From Gammaproteobacteria bacterium (lineage in GTDB: Bacteria > Pseudomonadota > Gammaproteobacteria > JAJFKG01), in the NCBI GenBank assembly GCA_965116795.1, contig OZ220716.1:2250503-2314502 (forward strand): 64,000 nucleotides of DNA, written 5' to 3'. A model generated the notes under the pieces. It searched no databases. It was not told the DNA's origin and saw only the letters and a program-made list of their open reading frames with translations. Position 1 is the first letter of the stretch. Each line of letters starts with the position of its first letter. Positions 1-9,322 of the stretch are shown here, piece after piece. The position numbers and the translations under genes are program-made.

Positions 1-183
1 GGCCAAGGTTTCTGGCTATGTCATAAACGACTGTCCAGAGGACGACTTCAGTGGTGGCCACAAGATAATTGCACGACGATTGAATTAACTGCCAGCACAC
101 TGAATATCTTACTGTATAACGGCAATCCCATTACCGCTAATTGTCAACAAAACTGGAAGTCTCTACCTGCCAAAGCGGCTTAG
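1..183 (+). CDS. tnpB: IS66 accessory protein TnpB, 3' part
   Basis: Frame 1 reads GQGFWLCHKRLSRGRLQWW...PAKAA*, identical to the C-terminus of 12804..13166. Confidence 0.9.
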   Translation, partial: GQGFWLCHKRLSRGRLQWWPQDNCTTIELTASTLNILLYNGNPITANCQQNWKSLPAKAA

Positions 184-1813
184 GCCGCTTTGGCTAATGC
201 CTTGGTGTTGAGTGTGTCCTTATAATGCCAAGGTAACCAATCGTTAGCACGCTGTTGTAACTCATCTTTATGCAACAATAAACTTTGTAAATAATCCACT
301 GGGTCAACACCAGCATATTGCGCCGTGAATAATACACTCATCAACACGTCGCCAACCATAGCACCATAAGTGGTACGATATTGTTGTGAATTCTTACGAT
401 ACATCACGGGTGCAATCTTAATTAAACGCTCAGAATCATTGTTATCTAGCACTGCACCAAGAACAGATAAAAATAACGTTAACTCTCGAAAATGGTTGCG
501 CATATAATTGATAGCTTTGCCAGCACTACTGTTAGGCTCCGCCCAGCGTTTTCGAACACATTGTTCTAAAAATCGCCGTAGCTGTTTCATTATCGGTTTC
601 GAATGACGACGATGATAATGCAGGCGTTGCTCTGGTGTATAGCCGTATGTTTTACAATGACGCTCGTGTCGATACACTTGCCCAATCCAGTTTAGTACTG
701 GCTGACATACCTTCGGATAAACGTCTTTGCACTCGAAAAAATAGCGTCTGGCATGGGTTAAACAATAGCTAACTTGCGTCTGTTCGGCAATCGACTCGTC
801 TTTGATGCGGTTTCGACTCAGCGCATCTGACATTAAAATAACAGACCCTAACTCAGTATCACGTTTGCGCAATAACGCTGTGATATTCTCACCACCATGT
901 GAGCGACCTGTAAAGACTAATACCACTTCGTTATCACCTACTTTTGATAGTGCCGCTGTTGTAAATATGCCACGACGTGCTTTTTCTTCTAGCGCCTGGT
1001 TTTCTAACACGAGGCTTTGGACCTTCGCTGTGGTGTCATCGTATTGGACCAACTCGCCGTTGGCCGCAGTACGTTGCAATGCTTGATAAACAGGAAGTAC
1101 GTGATTAAACACCGTCTCCATGCACGCAAATTGATTCGATGTCGGTAATGGAATGCCTTGCGCTTCGTGATACTTCGCTATCCGATAAAATGGCAAACCA
1201 AATACATAGTGATTCACCGCCAATACCGCTTTGAAACTATCGCTATAGACATCTTTGCCGCTTTCTTTTGGTAACGGCACTGTAAATAACGTTAAACACA
1301 ATCCGCAACGATAGACCTCTCTGTCATAACGTACAACCCGCGCCATTGGTTGGCCTAACAAACGGATCACTTTTGATGGTTTATTCCATAAATATAAACG
1401 GCCTTTACAATCAACATGTAAGCAATGTGCACCTGGGTAGTAACGTTCATCACTCACTTTGTGAACTTCTGCTGCAACATAATCATCTGCGCTATAGCGT
1501 CCATGCCCTTTGTTTGATTGCTCAGATACATCATCTTCCTTAACGTTGTCAGTGTCTTTTGGCACTTTGTCAGAAGAACTTGCCGACGTTGATGTACCTT
1601 TTACCCCTGTTTTTCGCTGCAGATCCCAAATATTCTCTTCAATCGACGGATACTGAGTTTGGCTTCGGTTAATTGACCTTGCAACCAAAATACCATGCGT
1701 AGTGCACTGCTGCATAGCTTGCGATCGGTGTCTGATAGATTACCTGTTTCAAGTCGTGACAGTAATGACTCTGCTTCTGCATGGCTTAAATCAATCGTTT
1801 CCGGTTTCTTCAC
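180..1813 (-). CDS. tnpC: IS66 DDE transposase TnpC in two overlapping frames (1601..1813 and 180..1715)
   Basis: N-terminal LKRIFGICSEK leucine-zipper motif; zinc-finger C..C...CGLC; motifs YDDT, LMSD, CLTHARRYF, LDNNDSER. Confidence 0.9.
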
Positions 1814-1997
1814 AACATAATCCTTGTTTCATCCATTGGTCAGTCAGAAATAACCTGACCTGGAAACAAGTCTGATCCCATTATTTTCAAATTGCAAGTC
1901 GGAAAAAAGCACAATGGCAAAATCAAAAAAATAAATTGCCCCTACACAGAATAATTGACAGATTGATGGCTGTCACGCAACGGTACTGGAAGCATAC

Positions 1998-3181
1998 GAA
2001 CCAACAACAAAGATACGTCAGCCCGCAGTGGCAATGAATTACGTTGGGCAGGCTTAAAAGCTACGCTTAATCAACCTGCTGATATGGGCAATGTCACTTT
2101 GCTTGCCATCAAAATGCGTGCCACCGATAATTTATCACAGCGTGCATCACGATTAGTTAATTGCATTGTTACGCGCAAACTGCCAACGTGGAGTAAAGAA
2201 ACAGGCTGGAGTGCACCCAAGGCGACACGCTCGATTGCTTGGAGTTTAGCGGATATTGCCAAAAATGAATATGGCGGTAACTTGCCTGACAGTCGCATTG
2301 ATTTACAAGCCTTAGCTAACTTAGATGCGATATGGCAACAACGCAACGATACTGTTGATGTGGTATTTGACCAACCGATTACGGTATGGGAAGCGATGAC
2401 ACGCGTTGCCCGTTGTGGGCGTGCGGTGTGTTTTATGCAAACGGGGATTGTCAGGTTCGTTAGGGATGAGCCAAGAGAAATTCCAGTTGCTTTGTTCTCA
2501 CCACGCAATATTGTTAAACACAGTTTGAAATTGCACTATCTATTAGCCAGTGATGATACCGCTGACAGTGTCATTGTTGAATATTTTTGTAACCAAACTT
2601 GGCGACCTGATGAAGTGGAAGTCAGTTTACCTAACAGTACCAGTGAACAACCAGCAAGAGTGAGATTATTAGGCTGCACTGATAAGAGTCAAGCTATACG
2701 TGAAGGTAAGTATATGGCAGCGACCAACCACTATCGCAGAAGATTAGTAACCTTTCAAACGGAGTTAGAGGGACTAATCCCAACCTATGGCGATTTAATT
2801 GCGATTACGCATGATATGCCATCTTGGGGGCAAGGGACTGAAGTGGTTAGCGTTGAGGGTAATACATTAACGCTATCGGAGCCACTGACCTGGGATGAGA
2901 ATAAACTCAATGAACATGTCATCGGACTTCGCAAACAAGATGGCAGCGTCAGTGGCACGTATCAAGTGCTGCCAGGTAATAATGCCAATCAAGTCATCAT
3001 TCAAGGTGACTTTGATTTTCAGCCCTACACCGGTGAATCACAAGAGCGCACGCATGTGGCCTTTGGTGTTGGCAATGCGTGGAGCACATTGGCTCGTGTT
3101 ACGGCTGTACGTCCCAGAGGCGATGTCATTGAAATCAGTGCGGTTACTGAACATCCTGCGGTGCATACGGCTGACGCATAA
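1998..3181 (+). pseudogene. Phage tail tip/host-specificity protein (TipJ-like), C-terminal part, 5' end cut by IS66
   Basis: Frame is open from 2000 (TNNKDTSARSGNELRWAGLK...GNVTLLAIKMRATDNLS). Motifs ATRSIAWSLAD, FVRDEP, LFSPRNI and VTFQTELEGLIPTYGDLIAITHD are typical of J-like tail proteins. Confidence 0.8.
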
Positions 3182-3245
3182 CATTCAGTTCATTTATTTT
3201 TTTCAATCCGATTTAACTTAACTTTTGCAACAGAAGGAAATCACT

Positions 3246-3548
3246 ATGGAAATCGATAAAGCCAAACAACCTCAAGTTGGTATCACGTTATCACAAGCAG
3301 AATTGGACGAATTAATTGAAAGGGCCTCAACACGTGGCGCACGTAAAGCACTGATTGAAATGGGCTTGATGGATGATACGGTTAATGACCTGCGCACGTT
3401 AAGAGGATTAGCGAAAACCCTCAAGACCATGCAACACACCTTTGTGCAAACGATAGTACGTTGGTTAACCATAGGTATGTTAGTGCTCTTCTTCGCAGGG
3501 ATTTCAGGGAAGCTGGATTCACTTTTTCATTTAAACAATGGCAAGTAA
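3246..3548 (+). CDS. Small phage membrane protein of the lysis region (holin/DUF6127-like)
   Basis: AAGGA RBS before ATG 3246; LSQAELDELIERASTRGARKAL..MGL motif; one C-terminal TM; lies after the tail gene. Confidence 0.6.
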   Translation: MEIDKAKQPQVGITLSQAELDELIERASTRGARKALIEMGLMDDTVNDLRTLRGLAKTLKTMQHTFVQTIVRWLTIGMLVLFFAGISGKLDSLFHLNNGK

Positions 3549-3563
3549 ACAAGGAATAATAGG

Positions 3564-4028
3564 ATGATAACTTTACTGGCTACATTAGCAGGTTTTATCT
3601 CTTCGGCGTTTCCAGATGTTTTAAAGCTTGTTAGAGACAGAGCTGATAGGAAACACGAGCTTGCGATTCTTGATAGGCAGCTTGAAGCCCAACGTGAAGG
3701 CCATGCTCAGCATTTAGAGGAAATTCAAATCCAAGCAGACATGACTGAGAGCAAAGCGTTGTATCAACATGCCAGTCTTCCAAGTCATGTAAAGTGGGTC
3801 GAAGCCTTGCGTGCATCGGTTAGGCCAATAATCACATATGCATTTTTCGCTTTGTTTGTGTTTGTTAAAGTAATGACATTAATTACAGCATTACAACAAG
3901 GGTTCACAGTAATAAATAGTGTGCTTACCATTTGGGACGATGAAACGCAAGCGTTATTTGCGGCTGTAATGGCCTTCTGGTTTGGCCAACGCAGTGTCGC
4001 AAAATCCCGTCAATTGCATCAGCGATAA
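3564..4028 (+). CDS. Putative phage holin (3-TM type)
   Basis: DRKHELAIL, WVEALRASVRPIITY and AVMAFWFGQR motifs, hydrophobic segments, upstream of an endolysin. Confidence 0.7.
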   Translation: MITLLATLAGFISSAFPDVLKLVRDRADRKHELAILDRQLEAQREGHAQHLEEIQIQADMTESKALYQHASLPSHVKWVEALRASVRPIITYAFFALFVFVKVMTLITALQQGFTVINSVLTIWDDETQALFAAVMAFWFGQRSVAKSRQLHQR

Positions 4029-4117
4029 CTGCTCGAATAAATAGGGATAATGACTGGCTATACCTTCGATAGTAAGCGTTAATGGTGATAAGAAAACATT
4101 TACTGGAGATTAAAACC

Positions 4118-4423
4118 ATGAACACAAACACTTGCCACGTTAACATCACTATGATTGAAAATCCTGATGATAACTGCACACAGAGCGAAGTAAATGCCCT
4201 TATTACGGTATTTCGAGATGCACTGACTTGCATTGTTCCTACTCGCGCTAGCGAAGTATGGATAACCTTAAGCGATTCCACCAAAACGCCAAAGAATGTT
4301 AAGGACTTTCAAGTGCGTTTAGGGCGTTGCGAACGGTTTGCCGGAAAACCTGAAAAATGGGCAGGCGAATTTACCACCGCCAGCAAGAAAGTCACCTTGA
4401 TTGCACGGATAGACAATCACTAA
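4118..4423 (+). CDS. Hypothetical protein, array paralog 1 (101 aa)
   Basis: GGAG RBS at 4105-4108, ATG 4118; shares the E..aL...F / R...W.G.F....K pattern with the next two ORFs. Confidence 0.75.
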   Translation: MNTNTCHVNITMIENPDDNCTQSEVNALITVFRDALTCIVPTRASEVWITLSDSTKTPKNVKDFQVRLGRCERFAGKPEKWAGEFTTASKKVTLIARIDNH

Positions 4424-4441
4424 TTAACTCTCCTTGAGTTT

Positions 4442-4481
4442 GGCAACAGGCGCCTAACGTTGGCGTTTGTTGTCCTTTTTT
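4442..4481 (+). terminator. Intrinsic terminator of unit 1
   Basis: GGCAACAGGCGCC/GGCGTTTGTTGTC stem followed by a T tract. Confidence 0.75.
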
Positions 4482-4662
4482 ATTGAGTTAAACCCCATCT
4501 CCCCTACTCCATCATGAAGCCCTGTCACGTCGATTATTCCAGCCACATTAATGGCCTGCACATCAACGATGACTGCTGAAAATGATAGTGCTTTTGTACT
4601 GGCTATAGTGCACAGCCAGAGCCTTAATGGTAACACCGCATTGAAAGAAAAGGAGACTTATC

Positions 4663-4968
4663 ATGTTAACCGACATACTCAATCGCAAACCATTTATTTT
4701 TTACATCGATAATTTTCACTGTGATGAAGATGAAATCATGGCCTTGTTAAATTACTTTGAGTTTATTATGAAGCGTGCATCCATCGTGTCTGCCAGCAAA
4801 TTGTGTTTTATCCTCAAGCAAGCGGTTCCAAAGCATAGTATATTACACCCATTTACTTTAACGATGGAGCGCCATCTTGTTGACTCTAAATGGCAATGGC
4901 ATGGAGTATTTAAGCATGAGGTGGATAATAAAACGTTGCATGTGATGGGACTTTTACTAGAGCAATAA
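4663..4968 (+). CDS. Hypothetical protein, array paralog 2 (101 aa)
   Basis: AAGGAG RBS; LTMERH..QWHGVFK...KTLHVMG. Confidence 0.8.
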   Translation: MLTDILNRKPFIFYIDNFHCDEDEIMALLNYFEFIMKRASIVSASKLCFILKQAVPKHSILHPFTLTMERHLVDSKWQWHGVFKHEVDNKTLHVMGLLLEQ

Positions 4969-4987
4969 CTTCCCTGGCTTTAACTTG

Positions 4988-5022
4988 GCAGCAGGCGCAC
5001 ACAGTTCGCGTCTGTTGCGTTT
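4988..5022 (+). terminator. Terminator-like hairpin of unit 2
   Basis: GCAGCAGGCGC/GCGTCTGTTGC stem, related to the unit 1 hairpin. Confidence 0.65.
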
Positions 5023-5203
5023 ATCAGGCTAAGCCAACCAAGTGCCGCATACAACAAGGTTACAACACACAGCCCAAAAATGGCATCTGCTGTTATCACG
5101 ATATCAGTTATCACTGCGGCAATAAATAGGCTTATTGACTGGATATCCTTTCCATAATAGGCGTAAATGAAGTTGTACATTAAATTGAATTGGAGGTAAC
5201 ACA

Positions 5204-5491
5204 ATGAACGAATCACAACACGCTATTCACACAAAATACATTGTTAATGACAATTATTCCGATGAGGAACTGGCTATCTTGGAAAATGTTTTCAAAGAAT
5301 CTATTGAAGGCTTAACACCAACGCCTGCCAACAAAGCTATTTTTAAAGTTGGTGATTGCATTAAACATGTCAACCTGCATCGAGTTAGATTGACGCTAGA
5401 GCGCTTTCAATTAGGCAAACAAACGCAATGGCATGGACAGTTTAAAGATGGCAACAAACAATTGCACATCATTGGGGCTATCGCTGATTAG
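5204..5491 (+). CDS. Hypothetical protein, array paralog 3 (95 aa)
   Basis: GGAGGT RBS; LTLERF..QWHGQFK..NKQLHIIG. Confidence 0.8.
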   Translation: MNESQHAIHTKYIVNDNYSDEELAILENVFKESIEGLTPTPANKAIFKVGDCIKHVNLHRVRLTLERFQLGKQTQWHGQFKDGNKQLHIIGAIAD

Positions 5492-5503
5492 TAATTTAGT
5501 AGA

Positions 5504-5530
5504 CAGGTGTATTAAGCGCCTGCCCTTTCC
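5504..5530 (+). terminator. Terminator-like hairpin of unit 3
   Basis: CAGGTGT-attaa-GCGCCTG followed by a pyrimidine tract. Confidence 0.5.
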
Positions 5531-5692
5531 TCTAGTTTGCTAGCTATATTACTCGTGCTTTAGCGTACATCATATAAATCACCTCTTTGAAGTATTAGCT
5601 AACCCAATCTTATTGATAACTCCCCTTCCCTATTCTGTGCTAGCAATGATGGTATTGGCTAATGCAGAAATAACAATGTGAGAAATGACATC

Positions 5693-6124
5693 ATGCGACA
5701 TGTTACCGAAAATGGATTAAATCTGATTAAACAATTTGAGGGATTTAGTTCAACTGTGTATATTTGTTCTGCGGGTTATTCAATAATTGGATTTGGCCAT
5801 GTACTCAGACCAGGTGAGCATTTTGATGATGGCATTGATAAACAGCAAGCAGAGTTATTATTGCGTCGTGATGTGCAAGTTGCAGAGCGAGCAGTATTGC
5901 GATTGATCAATGTGCCACTGACCGATGGACAGTTTGATGCGCTGGTATCGTTTACGTTTAATTTGGGGGCGGGTGCACTTCAGCGATCAACACTGCGATG
6001 TAAAGTGAATCGTGAAGAACACGCTGAGGTACCAGCGAAATTTGTGAGATGGGTTTATGCGGGTGGGCGGAAATTGCCAGGTTTAGTGAAGCGCAGACGG
6101 TGTGAGGCATTAATGTATAAATAA
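5693..6124 (+). CDS. Phage endolysin, GH24 lysozyme
   Basis: GLNLIKQFEG, IGFGH, QFDALVSFTFNLGAG and WVYAGGRKLPGLVKRRRCE motifs. Confidence 0.93.
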   Translation: MRHVTENGLNLIKQFEGFSSTVYICSAGYSIIGFGHVLRPGEHFDDGIDKQQAELLLRRDVQVAERAVLRLINVPLTDGQFDALVSFTFNLGAGALQRSTLRCKVNREEHAEVPAKFVRWVYAGGRKLPGLVKRRRCEALMYK

Positions 6125-6286
6125 AATATTACCCCTTAGTTAGTATCAATGGCCGCTAAGCTTGCAGGCCAGGCAAACTTGCGTTAGATTGACAGCATAA
6201 ATTTAACAAAAGGGGATATTTTCCGTTGTTTTGCTAGCGGATTGAAATTTGCCCCTGATATGGATAACCAAGTATAAGGAGATAGC

Positions 6287-9200
6287 ATGAAAAAGCACAG
6301 ACGTCGTCGTAGAGCAACTAAACAAAATAAACAAAGCACTTTAAAGCAACAGAAATCCCTGAAACAACAAAAAAATAGCCAGCATATCGAGCAATCTGTT
6401 ATTACAGAAACACAGCAAGACACTGCTTCCACAACTGCAAGCACTTTTTCTTGGTTAACAGACACATTAACGGATTCGGCTACAGTATTGTATAAATCAG
6501 CAACAAAAGTCTCTGAGTTATGGTATGGACAATCAACACAAGACACGCAAGAGCATAATTCTAATTCGGAAGAAAATGTATCTGATGAGTCAGATTTTTT
6601 TGCTGAACACGATGGATTCTTTGATATTGACGATGATGATATCGACGATAGCATTCTAAGCATGATTAGGCAAAAACAAGAAGATGATTTTATCTTTGAT
6701 GCATCTGTCTTGGATGAGCTTACTCCTGAAGAATGGGATGCATTAGAAAAAGAAACATTAGCAATCACAAAAGAGATAGAACAAGAACAAATAGTATGCG
6801 AAGCTATAGCTACACAGGAAAAAGAAAACGATATATCTACCTCTCAACCAAATATTTCTGCTGCGCAATATGCAACAGCAGTTGCATTATTCTTAGCGAC
6901 GGGTGGAGCAACGGTTGCTGCTACCGCTGCAGTGATGTTATTTAGTGGCACTGCACTTGCCTCTACTGCTGCCACTGCCACTCTAGATTTAGTAAGTGTA
7001 TATCCTAATGAAGCAAAAAATATAGCAACATCAATTATTCACTATCTCGCAAGGGAAAGTAGTGAAAATGGTGCTTTCAGAAGTCCTGTATTTTGGTTTG
7101 CTTTGTTGAGTTGTGCTGCTAAAGGAGTAGATGCAGCTAAAGCTGTGAATAGCAATGATTACAATGCACGAGAAAATTACTTGCAATTTAAAGAGGCAAC
7201 AGCGTCGAACACATCTTCTTTGGTATTACATTCAAACTCTACCCCAACGCACATACCAGCAATATCAATAGAAAACAGTGCTAATAATCAAAATGCATTG
7301 ACACAACAGCAAAATGCTAGACAAGCTACCAATTCAGCAAATTTATTTGAACCAGTGATTAATGTGTCAACGCTGGATGGAAGTGATGGGTTTCGGATTA
7401 TGAATGAAGAAACAGGTGTAACTCACTGGTCTGTTAGCGAGGCAGGCGATGTGAACGCGGATGGAGTTAATGATGTGATAATAGGGGTGAACGGCGTACG
7501 CTCGTCCAACGGTAATCATGCGGGTTCAAATTATGTGGTATTTGGTCGTCGTGATGGTTTTAATACAATGTTATTGTTATCAATCTTAGATGGAACGACG
7601 GGGTTTCGGATAGGTGGTGAATTAGAAGATTGGTTGGGTTGGGCTATTAATGGTGCGGGAGATGTGAATGCAGATGGAATTGATGATGTGATAGTAGGGG
7701 CACCTGGAACGTCGCCCAGCGGGGTTTCTCGTGCAGGTTCAAGTTATGTGATATTTGGTCGTCGTGATGATTTTAATGCGACGTTATTAGTATCAAACTT
7801 AGATGGGTCGGCAGGTTTTCGGATAGATGGTGAGGCAGCAGGTGACAATTTGGGTTGGTCTGTCAGCGGTGCTGGCGATGTGAATGCGGATGGAATTGAT
7901 GATGTGATAGTAGGGACGATTGGAGCTGTTTCTCGTGCAGGTTCAAGTTATGTGATATTTGGTCGTCGTGATGGTTTTAATGCGACGTTATTAGTATCAA
8001 ACTTAGATGGGTCGACAGGTTTTCGGATAGATGGTGAGGCAGCAGGTGACAATTTGGGGATCTCTGTCAGTGGTGCTGGCGATGTGAATGCGGATGGAAT
8101 TGATGATGTGATAGTAGGGGCACATACAACTTCACCCAATGGGGTCTTTCATGCAGGTTCCAGTTATATCATATTTGGTCGTGCTACTGGCTTTGATTCA
8201 AAGTTTTTATTATCAACGTTAAACGGCACAAATGGCTTTCGGATAGATGGTGAGGCAGCAGATGATGGTTTGGGTTGGTCTGTCAGCGGTGCTGGCGATG
8301 TGAATGCGGATGGAATTGATGATGTGATAGTAGGGACGATTAAATCTTCACCCAATGGGGTCTTTCATGCAGGTTCCAGTTATATCATATTTGGTCGTGC
8401 TACTGGCTTTGATTCAAAGTTTTTGTTATCGACATTAAGCGGTGCAAATGGTTTTCGAATAGATGGTGAGGCGGTAAATGATTATTTAGGTTATTCTGTC
8501 AGCGGAGCGGGCGATGTGAATGCGGATGGAATTGATGATGTGATAGTAGGGGCGACTGAAGCTTCGCCCAATGGGGTCTTTCATGCAGGTTCCAGTTATA
8601 TCATATTTGGTCGTGCTACTGGCTTTGATTCAAAATTTTTATTATTGACGTTAAACGGCACAAATGGCTTTCGGATAGATGGTGAGACAAGAGATAACTG
8701 TTTTGGGGCCTCTGTCAGCGGTGCTGGTGACGTGAATGGTGATGGTGTTGCTGATATGGTAGTTGGACTACGGCACGAGCATCTTTCAAAGAACAAGTAT
8801 TTATCTAGCAGTGTGATATTTGGCAAAGCATTATCACCAAGTTCCTCCCCTAGTTCAAGCTCAAATCCATCACCGTCACCAAGCCCTGCTCCAAATCCGA
8901 ATCCAAGTTCGTCACCCTCACCTAGTGCAAGTCCATTCCCAAGTTCAAGTACACTCCCATCACCAAATGCATTGCCATTATCACCCTCACCCAGTCTACC
9001 AATACCTGACTTTAATTCGATTGTTGGATTATCTAATATAGTAGCTGCCTTGACAGGTGTCGTAAGTGTGATAATGGCATATATAAGTTTGAAAATGGCA
9101 TGTCGAAACCAAGAAGAACAAAGACAACAAGAGGAAATTGAATCAGATAATCTTTTTGAAGATGGAGGCGATGAAGAAAACGTTGAAAATGTCGATGATA

Positions 9201-9322
9201 GTGTCCATTTTAGTCAACGTATTACTAATTGCGGCTTAACTCTTTGGAATGGATTCTCTGCACTTCCAGAGCAACTACCAGATAGGCCAGAATGGCTTAA
9301 TGATTTGCCGTGTTTTAGGTAG
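6287..9322 (+). CDS. FG-GAP (integrin-alpha beta-propeller) repeat protein with Pro/Ser linker and C-terminal TM
   Basis: Seven AGDVNxDGxxD Ca-binding repeats with YxIFG; (SP)n linker; hydrophobic helix near 9020-9090; AAGGAG RBS. Confidence 0.9.
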   Translation: MKKHRRRRRATKQNKQSTLKQQKSLKQQKNSQHIEQSVITETQQDTASTTASTFSWLTDTLTDSATVLYKSATKVSELWYGQSTQDTQEHNSNSEENVSDESDFFAEHDGFFDIDDDDIDDSILSMIRQKQEDDFIFDASVLDELTPEEWDALEKETLAITKEIEQEQIVCEAIATQEKENDISTSQPNISAAQYATAVALFLATGGATVAATAAVMLFSGTALASTAATATLDLVSVYPNEAKNIATSIIHYLARESSENGAFRSPVFWFALLSCAAKGVDAAKAVNSNDYNARENYLQFKEATASNTSSLVLHSNSTPTHIPAISIENSANNQNALTQQQNARQATNSANLFEPVINVSTLDGSDGFRIMNEETGVTHWSVSEAGDVNADGVNDVIIGVNGVRSSNGNHAGSNYVVFGRRDGFNTMLLLSILDGTTGFRIGGELEDWLGWAINGAGDVNADGIDDVIVGAPGTSPSGVSRAGSSYVIFGRRDDFNATLLVSNLDGSAGFRIDGEAAGDNLGWSVSGAGDVNADGIDDVIVGTIGAVSRAGSSYVIFGRRDGFNATLLVSNLDGSTGFRIDGEAAGDNLGISVSGAGDVNADGIDDVIVGAHTTSPNGVFHAGSSYIIFGRATGFDSKFLLSTLNGTNGFRIDGEAADDGLGWSVSGAGDVNADGIDDVIVGTIKSSPNGVFHAGSSYIIFGRATGFDSKFLLSTLSGANGFRIDGEAVNDYLGYSVSGAGDVNADGIDDVIVGATEASPNGVFHAGSSYIIFGRATGFDSKFLLLTLNGTNGFRIDGETRDNCFGASVSGAGDVNGDGVADMVVGLRHEHLSKNKYLSSSVIFGKALSPSSSPSSSSNPSPSPSPAPNPNPSSSPSPSASPFPSSSTLPSPNALPLSPSPSLPIPDFNSIVGLSNIVAALTGVVSVIMAYISLKMACRNQEEQRQQEEIESDNLFEDGGDEENVENVDDSVHFSQRITNCGLTLWNGFSALPEQLPDRPEWLNDLPCFR
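7380..8825 (+). repeat. Intragenic ~207-216-bp FG-GAP repeats
   Basis: Near-identical DNA blocks GATGTGAATGCGGATGGAATTGATGATGTGATAGTAGGG recur. Confidence 0.9.

Larger units (their letters stand above)
1..1997 (-). mobile_element. IS66-family insertion sequence, copy 1 (partial; runs off the window start)
   Basis: Reverse complement of 10990-~12986. Ends at 1997 with terminal repeat GTATGCTTCC (minus strand). Contains tnpC and the 3' part of tnpB. Confidence 0.93.
4017..5530 (+). repeat. Degenerate tandem array of three ~542-bp units (leader motif + ORF + terminator)
   Basis: Leader motif starts at 4017, 4561 and 5102; ATG follows 101/102/102 nt later; related hairpins follow each stop. Confidence 0.8.

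Noticed and set aside
3925-5216. Hydrophobic antisense ORFs over the array leaders (..SLFIRAVIAD / ..SLFIAAVITD / ..LSFSAVIVD) as type I toxin peptides
   Set aside because: Units 1 and 3 show some synonymous-looking changes, but unit 2 has a 1-nt indel, and starts and lengths are not conserved; not excluded, but unsupported
6184-6768. 194-aa minus-strand ORF
   Set aside because: Low-complexity shadow of the FG-GAP gene N-terminus
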